Positions 29,582-38,083 of a DNA stretch of 41,834 nt are shown here, one piece after another. The translations under genes and the position numbers were made by a program. The notes beneath the pieces were generated by a model. The model made no database searches. It was given only the letters and a program-made list of their open reading frames with translations, and had not been told where the DNA came from. The stretch lies in the NCBI GenBank assembly GCA_033764315.1, contig JANRJA010000219.1, positions 1-41,834 of the forward strand, read 5' to 3'. This DNA comes from Oculatellaceae cyanobacterium bins.114. Lineage in GTDB: Bacteria; Cyanobacteriota; Cyanobacteriia; Elainellales; Elainellaceae. Position 1 is the stretch's first letter. Every line of letters starts with the position of its first letter.

Positions 29582-31030
29582 GTGACAGTAGAAGCCCTCA
29601 AACTGTTTTACTCTTACTCGCATAAAGATGAAGCACTACGGAATGAACTGGGCAACCACTTAAAAATTCTGGAGTACCAAAACTTGATCGCAAGCTGGCA
29701 CGATCGCAAGATTTTGCCAGGGGATGAGTGGGATCACGAGATCACCGTCAATCAAGATACGGCGGATATCATTCTGCTGCTAATTAGCTCCGACTTCATT
29801 GCCTCCAGATATTGCTGGGATATTGAGATTAAACGGGCAATGGAGTTGCACGAATCGGGTCAAGCCTGCGTGGTTCCAGTGATTTTGAGGCGGGCTGACT
29901 GGACAAATGCCCCGTTTAGTAAGCTACAAGCTGTCCCTAAAAACGCTCAGCCTGTAATGAGTTTTTCTGATCGGGATGAGGCTTTCGAGTTCATTACTCA
30001 ACAGATTCGGCAGGTGGCAACAGGGTTAATCGAACGCCGCAGAAAGCTACAAGAACAGCAGCAAAAAGCCGACGCGATCGCCACCTATCGCCAGCAGTTT
30101 GAAGCCTTTGCAGCCGACGGCGAAATTTCAATGGGTGAGCAATTCTTGCTAGACGATTTGCAGCAACAACTGGGGCTAACTGATGCAGACGTACAGGCAA
30201 TCACGCAAAGCATCCTCAACCCGGTTACCGACCCTCAACAGCTAGAACGCTATCGCCAATTTTTTGTCAAAGCGATCGCTCAACACGGCTATCCATTGAG
30301 CGATAAGATTCGGGCTGATCTAAAACTGGTGCAGACCCATCTAAAACTGAGTGACGCGGACATTGCTCAGGTCGAAGCAGCGATCATTGCCCAAAAACAA
30401 GCTGAACAGCAAGAGCAGCAACGGCAAGCAGAAGCTCTTGAACAGCTTGTGGCAAAACCCAACCCGATCCCTCCGCCTCCGACACCCCCTTTAGAGATCC
30501 CCTCGCCTCCGGCACCTACTTTATCGAAGGGAGTTGGGGGGGAGCTTTCCACTGATGACATTCCTCTAGAATCAGAAAAGGGGATTGACTACACCCAACT
30601 GCGCCACTTGCTGAAAGCAGGCGAATGGGAAAAGGCAAACCGTGAAACCTATTGGCGAATGATGGAAGCCGTTGGACGCAAAGCTGTCGGTTTGATTCGA
30701 GAGAACGAATTGCTAAACTTTCCTTGTAAAGACTTGAAGACGATCGATCGCCTCTGGGTGAGATACAGCAATGGCAAGTTTGGCTTTAGTGTGCAAAAGC
30801 AAATCTATGTCGAGTGTGGTGCCAAGTTAGACGGCAAATACCCCAGTGATAAAATTTGGCAAAAGTTCTGCGATCGCGTGGGGTGGTGCGACCTCAAATT
30901 CAATCCCTCAATTTCTCTGGCAGGAGAGTTACCGTGTTTGGTGGGTGTGTTGGTCGTTTCGTTGCGTCCTGTGTTGTGGGTGGTTCTCTCTTCTCTCGCG
31001 CAGCGACTTGTAAACTGTAGCAGACCCTAG
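29582..31030 (+). CDS. TIR domain + two helical repeats + GUN4-like domain protein
   Basis: TIR: LFYSYSHKD, WHDRKILPGDEW, SRYCWDIE. GUN4-like: SEKGIDYTQLRHLLKAGEWEKANRET, FPCKDLKTIDRLW..YSNGKFGFSVQKQIY. Start likely GTG at 29582. Confidence 0.9.
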   Translation: MTVEALKLFYSYSHKDEALRNELGNHLKILEYQNLIASWHDRKILPGDEWDHEITVNQDTADIILLLISSDFIASRYCWDIEIKRAMELHESGQACVVPVILRRADWTNAPFSKLQAVPKNAQPVMSFSDRDEAFEFITQQIRQVATGLIERRRKLQEQQQKADAIATYRQQFEAFAADGEISMGEQFLLDDLQQQLGLTDADVQAITQSILNPVTDPQQLERYRQFFVKAIAQHGYPLSDKIRADLKLVQTHLKLSDADIAQVEAAIIAQKQAEQQEQQRQAEALEQLVAKPNPIPPPPTPPLEIPSPPAPTLSKGVGGELSTDDIPLESEKGIDYTQLRHLLKAGEWEKANRETYWRMMEAVGRKAVGLIRENELLNFPCKDLKTIDRLWVRYSNGKFGFSVQKQIYVECGAKLDGKYPSDKIWQKFCDRVGWCDLKFNPSISLAGELPCLVGVLVVSLRPVLWVVLSSLAQRLVNCSRP

Positions 31031-31061
31031 ATCTCCGGCTGCTTGAAGCAGCCGGAGATCT
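31029..31061. repeat. Perfect inverted repeat (15-bp stem, 3-nt loop) abutting the TIR-GUN4 stop codon
   Basis: AGATCTCCGGCTGCT-TGA-AGCAGCCGGAGATCT. Confidence 0.92.
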
Positions 31062-31162
31062 GCGCTAAAAAGGGGCGATCGCCTACTAGACAAAACTTAA
31101 GACCAGGAAAAGCGGCTAAGCGATGAGCGATATGCTAGAAGTATGCCATCCAAGGAAGTGTC

Positions 31163-31400
31163 ATGACTATCAAAATCATTGATATCGCTGATGCTCAAAA
31201 TCATTTAGCAGACTTAATTGCTCAGGTTGCACCAGGGGTTGAAATCATTTTGACCCATCAGCAGATTCCACAAGCACGGCTGTTGCCAATTCATCCAGCC
31301 TCTACTCGCCGTAACCCCAGGACTGCATCGGGGCAAAATCACCATCAGTTCAGATTTTGATGCTCCCCTACCCGATCAATTCTGGACGGGTGAACCGTGA
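31163..31400 (+). pseudogene. Frameshifted Phd/YefM-type antitoxin
   Basis: IDIADAQNHLADLIAQV..G.EIIL..PQARLLP. After a +1 shift at ~31313 the typical tail PGLHRGKITISSDFDAPLPDQFWTGEP* ends at TGA 31398-31400. Confidence 0.75.
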
Positions 31401-31450
31401 AACTTCTCTTAGACACTCATGCCTTTATTGGGTGGGATAGCCATCAGTAA
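31397..31450 (+). pseudogene. Truncated VapC/PIN toxin remnant (17 codons)
   Basis: GTGA overlap with the restored antitoxin stop; reads MKLLLDTHAFIGWDSHQ*, the start of a PIN toxin. Confidence 0.75.
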
Positions 31451-31457
31451 GTATTAA

Positions 31458-31694
31458 ATGTTGAAAGTTAGCATTGAAGACGCTGCAAAAGACCTACGAT
31501 CGCTGTTAGAGCGAGTGTCTGGTGGTGAGGCAGTAATTCTGCTTGAACACAACAAGGAAGTCGCTCGTATCATTCCGCCTCCCACTCGTGAGCAGTGGTT
31601 GGCACGCAGACGAACACTGCGCGAATCGCTTCATTCAACTGGAGAAGCCCTCAGTGTAACCATTCTCAAATCACGTCAGGGAGAACGCATTTGA
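31458..31694 (+). CDS. Type II antitoxin, Phd/YefM family (VapB role)
   Basis: VSIEDAAKDLRSLLERVSGGEAVIL....EVARIIP; its stop overlaps the toxin start (TTGA). Confidence 0.85.
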   Translation: MLKVSIEDAAKDLRSLLERVSGGEAVILLEHNKEVARIIPPPTREQWLARRRTLRESLHSTGEALSVTILKSRQGERI

Positions 31695-32131
31695 TCTATC
31701 TCGATACAAGTGTCGTTGCTCCACTTTACTGGTCAGAGGCATTAAGCGATGCTGTTGAGGAGTTAGTGAGAAATGAGGCTGAGTTGGGAATCAGTCAACT
31801 CGTTGAGGTAGAACTGGCTTCGGCTCTATCTCGTCGCGTCAGGATGGGAGAACTTGAGCCAACAGAAGCACAAGCGATCGTAGAACAATTTCAAACCGAT
31901 TTAGACGATGGTTTCTATGTCCTAATTCCCATAGAACCCAACCATTACACTCAAGCACGAGATTGGATTCGCCAATTCTCAACGTCACTACGCACTTTGG
32001 ATGCTTTACATCTGGCGATCGCGGCTACAAATCAGATTCCGCTAGTAACCGCCGATGAGGGATTAATTGACAGCGCAGGGCGGCTTCAGGTTGAAGCGAG
32101 AGCATTAAGACTCGTACCGCAAGAAGAATAA
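31691..32131 (+). CDS. vapC: VapC family PIN-domain toxin
   Basis: Start TTG at 31691: IYLDTS, VEVELASAL, LRTLDALHLA, LVTADE; the PIN acidic residues are present. Confidence 0.9.
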   Translation: MIYLDTSVVAPLYWSEALSDAVEELVRNEAELGISQLVEVELASALSRRVRMGELEPTEAQAIVEQFQTDLDDGFYVLIPIEPNHYTQARDWIRQFSTSLRTLDALHLAIAATNQIPLVTADEGLIDSAGRLQVEARALRLVPQEE

Positions 32132-32209
32132 GATTTGCAGCATTACAATATCGGCAAAGTACACAAATCAGAGTAGGCTTAAAGACTCTCACGTAAGATT
32201 GGATAGTTC

Positions 32210-32839
32210 ATGTTGAAAGTTAGCATTGAGGACGCCGCAAAAGACCTGCGATCGCTCCTAGAGCGTGTCTCAAGCGGCGAGGCCATCGTCCTGATGGATC
32301 AGGATCAAGAAGTTGCTCGTATCATTCCTCCAGAGAGTCATCAAGTCTCTTCTACATCAGTTGACCCAACAAAAGAATCGTCCACCCGTAAAATTCAAAG
32401 CATCTACACCGATGGAGCCTGTTCTGGCAACCCAGGCCCAGGCGGATGGGGCACGGTAGTCTACTTCACCGATGGTACGGTGCACGAGATGGGGGGAGCC
32501 GACTCACAAACGACCAACAACCGCATGGAGATGCAAGCCGCGATCGCCGCTCTCCAGTTCTACAAAGAGTCGGGGCAACCGGAACCGATCACCCTCTACA
32601 CCGACAGCGAGTATGTGATGAAAGGGGCGACACAGTGGATTCAAGGCTGGAAGAAAAAAGGCTGGAAGACAGCGGCAGGTAAGGCTGTCTTGAATCAGGA
32701 CTTGTGGGAAGAGATCGATCGCCTCAACTCTAAGCAAGTCACCTGGAAGTACGTGCGAGGACACAGCGGCAACGTGGGCAATGAGCGGTGTGATGCGATC
32801 GCTCGGAGCTTTTCAATGGGTAAGCCTGTGTTGAATTGA
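32210..32839 (+). CDS. rnhA: Ribonuclease HI with N-terminal Phd/YefM antitoxin-like domain
   Basis: IYTDGACSGNPGPGGWG, TNNRME, YTDS, WKKKGWKT, GHSG..GNERCD; the first 41 aa duplicate the upstream antitoxin. Confidence 0.93.
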   Translation: MLKVSIEDAAKDLRSLLERVSSGEAIVLMDQDQEVARIIPPESHQVSSTSVDPTKESSTRKIQSIYTDGACSGNPGPGGWGTVVYFTDGTVHEMGGADSQTTNNRMEMQAAIAALQFYKESGQPEPITLYTDSEYVMKGATQWIQGWKKKGWKTAAGKAVLNQDLWEEIDRLNSKQVTWKYVRGHSGNVGNERCDAIARSFSMGKPVLN

Positions 32840-32914
32840 TACACACAGCACTCCTGATTTAGGAACAAAACGATACAATCCAGGTGTAGGCGTGCATTGT
32901 TTCAAGTGTTCGCT

Positions 32915-33199
32915 ATGGTAGATTCAGCGATTCCCCCTCCTTCGATTGATGCGTCAGATAATCTACCACGTGAAGTGAGAGTGGCTCAGCTTCGTAACAT
33001 GGTAGACACGCTGCATATGGCAGATGAGATTGCCAATCGTGGCTATTTAATCACCAGTTCAGAATTGGCAGATTTAATGGATGTGAATGCCAGTGCGGTG
33101 ACTAGTCGTGGTGACAATTGGGTTTGGCGAAATTGGGTCGTCTCGCGCGTGCGGCGTGAGGGTAATCAGATTCTCTGGCAACTAGAAAGAGTCGATTAG
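32915..33199 (+). CDS. Conserved cyanobacterial small protein (HTH-like), rnhA-associated
   Basis: REVRVAQLR..ADEIA..GYLITSSELADLMDV.ASAVTSRG..WRNW; ATG at 32915, TACAAT at 32874. Confidence 0.75.
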   Translation: MVDSAIPPPSIDASDNLPREVRVAQLRNMVDTLHMADEIANRGYLITSSELADLMDVNASAVTSRGDNWVWRNWVVSRVRREGNQILWQLERVD

Positions 33200-33246
33200 A
33201 GGGATAGGGAGTGGTTCGACAAGCTCACCAACAGTAGAGGGGAGAG

Positions 33247-33266
33247 AGACGCGATTAATCGCGTCT
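33247..33266. repeat. REP-like 20-bp palindrome
   Basis: AGACGCGATTAATCGCGTCT (perfect); related copies at 38096 and 38153. Confidence 0.85.
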
Positions 33267-33339
33267 TTACTCTTTACAGGCATAGCCTCTTTACATCTTT
33301 ACAATAGAAAAAGAGATACTTTCGGGTGGCGCGATCGCT

Positions 33340-34116
33340 ATGTATTTGACCTGGTTAGATAGCAACTCCTGGCTGATCGAGATGGGAGGGCAACAGATTT
33401 TGCTCGACCCCTGGCTCGTCGGCAATCTGGTTTTTGGCAATATGCCCTGGTTGTTTCAGGGGGTGCGATCGCAGTCTCGCCCCATTCCCGTTAAAATTGA
33501 CCTGATTTTGTTATCCCAAGGCTTAGAAGACCACGCCCATCCGGAAACCTTAAAACAACTCGACCGCACCATTCCGGTAGTCGCCTCGCCTAATGCCGTA
33601 AAGGTGGTGCAGGAGTTGGGCTATACCCAGATCACCAGCTTGTCTCATGGAGACTCCTATACCCTGGCAGATAACGTCACGATTCAGGCGTTTCCCGGTT
33701 CACCGATTGGTCCCTTTTTGACTGAGAATGCTTACCTGTTGCGGGAACACAGCAGTGGTCAGACACTCTACTATGAACCGCATGGCTATCATGCAGAGTC
33801 ACTCCGGGCGATCGCACCTGTGGATGTGATCATCACACCGATGGTCAGTTTAGAGATTCCTGTTTTAGGACCCATTATTCAAGGGCATAAGACTGCATTT
33901 CAGATAGCGCAATGGTTGCAGCCTCAGGTGATGTTGCCAACGGCAGCAGGTGGCGACGTCTCTTTTACCGGATTAATCAACAGCGTGTTACAAGGATCGG
34001 GCAGTAGTGCAGAATTAAGGACTCAATTAGCGGAGAATGGATTAACAACGCAGGTAATCGAGCCAACCCCTGGCGATCGCCTGAAAATTTCCCTACAAAA
34101 CCGAGTCTCGGTTTAA
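33340..34116 (+). CDS. MBL-fold metallo-hydrolase
   Basis: LTWLDSNSWLIE..ILLDPWL, LLSQGLEDHAH, YYEPHG motifs. Confidence 0.88.
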   Translation: MYLTWLDSNSWLIEMGGQQILLDPWLVGNLVFGNMPWLFQGVRSQSRPIPVKIDLILLSQGLEDHAHPETLKQLDRTIPVVASPNAVKVVQELGYTQITSLSHGDSYTLADNVTIQAFPGSPIGPFLTENAYLLREHSSGQTLYYEPHGYHAESLRAIAPVDVIITPMVSLEIPVLGPIIQGHKTAFQIAQWLQPQVMLPTAAGGDVSFTGLINSVLQGSGSSAELRTQLAENGLTTQVIEPTPGDRLKISLQNRVSV

Positions 34117-34126
34117 TGGAGCCAGA

Positions 34127-34246
34127 ATGGAAACTGCTGTCTGGATGGATTGGATTTTGGGTGGAGTGGCGATCGCCGTTCTGCTAGGAGGGTTGTTCTT
34201 ACTCTTTAGTGGTGTCAACTCGATGAACCGCAGCCCCAGAAAGTAA
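34127..34246 (+). CDS. Putative 39-aa single-pass membrane microprotein
   Basis: METAVWMDWILGGVAIAVLLGGLFLLFSGVNSMNRSPRK*; GGAG 5 nt upstream of the ATG; one TM helix and a basic tail. Confidence 0.6.
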   Translation: METAVWMDWILGGVAIAVLLGGLFLLFSGVNSMNRSPRK

Positions 34247-34351
34247 GAGAGAAGAGGAATAAAGGATAAGGGATAAAGGACAAAAGGGTGAGTTAGCAAT
34301 GAGCGATTGACCTTTTATCCTTCATCCTCTATTGTTCGTCCTTTCTTTTTC

Positions 34352-35818
34352 CTATCGCTGCTCAGACACATCCAACCACAACTCATCTGTTCCATGATGG
34401 GCTGTCTTGACCCACTTCAACTGTTTAGGACGGATGGATAAGCGAATCGACATCGAGATGATCACCGGGAACCAGTGGAGCATATATAGCGTGCCTCGCA
34501 CTGCCTCAAAGAACAAACCCCAAGGAGACTGAGAAGACGGGGTTTTAATTGGCGTTGTCTGCCCCGATCGCATGTGCTTTAAGCCAATCATCATGCCTAA
34601 CACAGACATCGTCAGGGTCAGACTGGTCATGGGTGCAAAAATCGGCATCGTGTTGCGGGCGATCGCCATCATCAGGTCAGGCAAGGCAGCCGTTGGCATG
34701 ATGTATTGCATCAACCAAAACACAAACAAGTCAACGGTTTTGCGGGTGCCCAAGCGATTTCGAGCCAGCAATCGCCAATAGTCGAGATATCGCTGATAGC
34801 CACCTTCTGCCCACCGATTGCGCTGGTGCCATAGACCTACAGCACGGGTCACTCCCTCTTCAATGACGGGGGGAGACATCAAAAAATCAATATCCCAGTG
34901 GTCGAGATGCAGGCGCACCGTCAGGTCAAGGTCATCGGTAATGGTTTCTTCGTTCCATCCGCCACAACTCGCAAGGGCTACGCGACGGACAAATTGACCG
35001 TTTCCACGCAATTCACCAATCCCACCCAGGGCGATGCGTTGTTGCTGAAAATAGCTATCAACCGCCATCTCAGCTACCTGACCTTGAATCCAGAAGTTTT
35101 TAGCATCCGGATGGGTGGCAAGCTCGGCTTGCGCAATGGTCTTGCGAACTTGAACCGCACCCACTTCTGGCCGCTCAAACAAGGGCAAAACTTGCCGCAA
35201 TAAATCTTGGGGCACCTGAGCATCGGCATCAAACACGCCTAAGATTTCGCCTCTAGCGCGAGTCCACACTTCGTTTAGAGCACCCGACTTACCGCCTCCA
35301 GCATCAGGTCCCCGATGCACAACCCTCAGTTGTTGATAGTCTTGAACCAGGCGATCGAGCAAAACAGCGGTGCGGTCGGTGCTGTTGTCGTTGATCACCC
35401 AAAGCTCATAACGACTTGCAGGATAGTCCAGATTGCATAACGTTTTGACCAACGAGGGAATGACGGCCTCCTCGTTTTTGGCAGCTACCAAGAGTGACAC
35501 AAAAGGCAGCTTTTCGGGGTCTTGCTCTGTCAAAGGCTGAGGCACAGGCAGCGATCGCGTCATCAACATTCGCAGCAGGTGAATGCCTACAAACGTCGTC
35601 AGACACAACACAAACCAGGAACCCCAAGACACCAGATGAAGGGCGATCGTGCCACTCCAAATGACAGTTAACGCCAGAGCAGCTTTGTGTCTGCGCCCAG
35701 CTAACCCTCGGTAATAGTGAGTATTAATATCATCAATTTCAGATAAGTCTGAGGCGAGCGCACTGATAGGCTCTAGTTCATTATAGGAATCGCTATCGTA
35801 CCAAGTATTTTCCGGCAT
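34352..35818 (-). CDS. mgdA: GT2 beta-monoglucosyldiacylglycerol synthase
   Basis: GRRHKAAL N-terminus, AAKNEE, GGKSGALN, FDAD, GELRGNG, TDDLD and QRNRW (QxxRW) motifs. Confidence 0.8.
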   Translation of the reverse strand: MPENTWYDSDSYNELEPISALASDLSEIDDINTHYYRGLAGRRHKAALALTVIWSGTIALHLVSWGSWFVLCLTTFVGIHLLRMLMTRSLPVPQPLTEQDPEKLPFVSLLVAAKNEEAVIPSLVKTLCNLDYPASRYELWVINDNSTDRTAVLLDRLVQDYQQLRVVHRGPDAGGGKSGALNEVWTRARGEILGVFDADAQVPQDLLRQVLPLFERPEVGAVQVRKTIAQAELATHPDAKNFWIQGQVAEMAVDSYFQQQRIALGGIGELRGNGQFVRRVALASCGGWNEETITDDLDLTVRLHLDHWDIDFLMSPPVIEEGVTRAVGLWHQRNRWAEGGYQRYLDYWRLLARNRLGTRKTVDLFVFWLMQYIMPTAALPDLMMAIARNTMPIFAPMTSLTLTMSVLGMMIGLKHMRSGQTTPIKTPSSQSPWGLFFEAVRGTLYMLHWFPVIISMSIRLSIRPKQLKWVKTAHHGTDELWLDVSEQR

Positions 35819-36071
35819 ATATCACCCAGTATAGTCACACGAGGCTTGTCCATCTCCCGCAAACACCGGAAGCGAGGCACCGCACCTCGCTCATCGACAT
35901 TAAAGTCTGAAAGAAATGCATGACTTAAGTGTGTGCATTCCCAGCAGTAGTTTATCAATTATTAAGCGATTTAAAAAATTTTGAGGTTTTGCAAATCGAT
36001 GTGTTTTAAACATTATCGCTGTGAGTCATCCTCCATAGGGTCAGTTGGCGATCGCCTGACCCAAAATGCCC

Positions 36072-36956
36072 TTAACGGTTAAAGCGAGGATCTAACCCAT
36101 CGCGCAACCCATCTCCTAGCAGGTTAAACGCCAGCACCATGACTGTAATCACCAATCCTGGAAAAATGATCGTCCACGGGGAAGACAGCGAATAGCCCCC
36201 TGTAAACGAGTCAGCTAACATGGTTCCCAACTCCGGCGTAGGAGGTTGAGCACCCAAACCAAGAAACCCTAAACCGGCAGCTTCGAGAGTTGCCGTCCCG
36301 ATAGATAGGGTCGCTTGCACGACCAATGGTGCCAGACTTGCAGGCAAAATATGTAAAAAGATAATGCGAGCAGGGGTTGCTCCAAAGGCTCGTACCGTTT
36401 GCACAAAGTCCTGTTCTCGCAGGGTCAACACCATGCTGCGAGTGAGGCGGATAAAAATGGGAATTTGCACAACCCCAACAGCAATCATGACCCCCGTCAA
36501 ACTTGGACCTAGCACCGTCACAACAGCGATCGCCAACAAAATGGATGGAAACGACAACAAAATATCAGTAAACCACCCAATGAGCATTTCGATCCAACCA
36601 CGAAAATAGCCCGCCAACAATCCCAATAAGGTGCCGATCAATAACCCCAACCCCACTGAAAACAAACTGACCAGCATCGAGATACGCATGCCATACCACA
36701 CCAACGTCAGCATGTCTCGCCCTAACCCATCGGTGCCAAACCAGTGCTCTAGACTGGGGCCAACCAAACGAGAGGCATAATCGCGTGCTGTGGTGGGGTC
36801 ATATGGGTTCAACACTGGGGCTAACAGTGCAACTGCCATCAATGCCACCGTCAAGAATAGCCCAATCTTGCCAGAGAGCGATCGCAATACTCGCCGCCAT
36901 GCCTTGTTAAAAGAAGACTGCGGTGCAACTTGAGGAGCAGGAGAAAGAGTTTCCAT
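36072..36956 (-). CDS. Peptide/nickel ABC transporter permease (DppC/OppC-like)
   Basis: HWFGTDGLGRD, EAA-loop equivalent, EAAGLGFLGLG, FNLLGDGLRDGLDPR; start moved to ATG at 36956. Confidence 0.93.
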   Translation of the reverse strand: METLSPAPQVAPQSSFNKAWRRVLRSLSGKIGLFLTVALMAVALLAPVLNPYDPTTARDYASRLVGPSLEHWFGTDGLGRDMLTLVWYGMRISMLVSLFSVGLGLLIGTLLGLLAGYFRGWIEMLIGWFTDILLSFPSILLAIAVVTVLGPSLTGVMIAVGVVQIPIFIRLTRSMVLTLREQDFVQTVRAFGATPARIIFLHILPASLAPLVVQATLSIGTATLEAAGLGFLGLGAQPPTPELGTMLADSFTGGYSLSSPWTIIFPGLVITVMVLAFNLLGDGLRDGLDPRFNR

Positions 36957-37056
36957 GAGGAAGAGGGAAAAGAGATGAAGGATGAGGGGAATTTGAGGGG
37001 GATCGAAACCTGTATTGATCAATTAGGTGATCTATCAGCTCTCATGACCTATGCCC

Positions 37057-38067
37057 CTACTTATATTGAATCCGTGGATCGAGAAAGGCGTAGGACAGGT
37101 CGGTCAGCAGGTTGAGTAGCACAAAAACGATCGCCACAAATATCACCCCTCCCTGCACCACGGGGTAATCTCGTGCCAGGATACCTTCGTACACCCAAGA
37201 GCCAATGCCAGGCCAGGAAAAGATAGTCTCAGTCAAAATTGCGCCACTTAAAAGGGTGCCAAACTGCAACCCAATAATCGTGATTACAGGTAATAGCGCA
37301 TTCTTGAGGGCGTGTTTTGAGATCACCCAGCGTTCTAACAACCCTTTAGCTCTTGCTGTGCGGATATAGTCTTGCGCCAACACTTCCAACATGGCACTGC
37401 GGGTAATGCGAGCAACGATCGCCAAAGGAATGGTACTTAAGGTTAGAGCAGGCAAAATCAAGTGAGCAATAACATTGCCTAAGACAGGCCAATTAAATTG
37501 CACCAACGCATCAAATGCATAGAACCCAGTCAAAACATTAAAATCAAACCCTTCATTGATGCCCAAACGACCACTAGGAGGAAGCCACCGCAAATTGACT
37601 GCAAACAAATAAATGAGCAGTAACCCCAGCCAATACACCGGCATAGAAACGCCAACCAGTGAGCTTGTCATCGTCAGGTTATCAACCCACCCGTTTTTGC
37701 GAATCGCTGCCAAAATACCAGCAGGAACGCCCAAAAGCACCGCCAATAGCATTGCTGCCACTGATAGCTCAAAGGTAGCGGGCCAACGGAGTCGAATTTC
37801 TTCTGCGATCGGAATCCCGGTAATAATGCTGCGACCCAGATCGAGGTGAAGGATTTGACTCAAAAACGCCAGATATTGCACTGGCAAGGGTTTGTTTAAA
37901 CCCAATGTTTCTCGAATGGCTTCGACTTGCTCTGGAGTGGCTCGTTCACCCCCCAAGACCAATGCCGGATCGCCTGGAATCAGGTGCAAGAACAGAAAAA
38001 CGAGCAGAGTAATGCCAAATAAGACGGGAATCAAACTGAGAATGCGCCTGAGAATATAACGCAGCAT
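37057..38067 (-). CDS. Peptide/nickel ABC transporter permease (DppB/OppB-like)
   Basis: IPGDPA, GLNKPLPVQY, DYIRTARAKGL, ETIFSWPGIG, RDYPVVQG, LDPRI. Confidence 0.95.
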   Translation of the reverse strand: MLRYILRRILSLIPVLFGITLLVFLFLHLIPGDPALVLGGERATPEQVEAIRETLGLNKPLPVQYLAFLSQILHLDLGRSIITGIPIAEEIRLRWPATFELSVAAMLLAVLLGVPAGILAAIRKNGWVDNLTMTSSLVGVSMPVYWLGLLLIYLFAVNLRWLPPSGRLGINEGFDFNVLTGFYAFDALVQFNWPVLGNVIAHLILPALTLSTIPLAIVARITRSAMLEVLAQDYIRTARAKGLLERWVISKHALKNALLPVITIIGLQFGTLLSGAILTETIFSWPGIGSWVYEGILARDYPVVQGGVIFVAIVFVLLNLLTDLSYAFLDPRIQYK

Positions 38068-38083
38068 GGCGTTGAGGGGTGTA

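Noticed and set aside
12136-31030. Functional link between chlH and the GUN4-domain gene
   Set aside because: They are 13 kb apart with unrelated genes between, and the TIR-fused GUN4-like protein is not the canonical ChlH activator
31029-31061. Hairpin as an intrinsic terminator
   Set aside because: No adjacent U-tract on the + strand; kept as a palindromic repeat
31595-31690. N-terminal extension of VapC in the track
   Set aside because: The PIN domain starts at TTG 31691, overlapping the antitoxin stop as is usual for TA pairs
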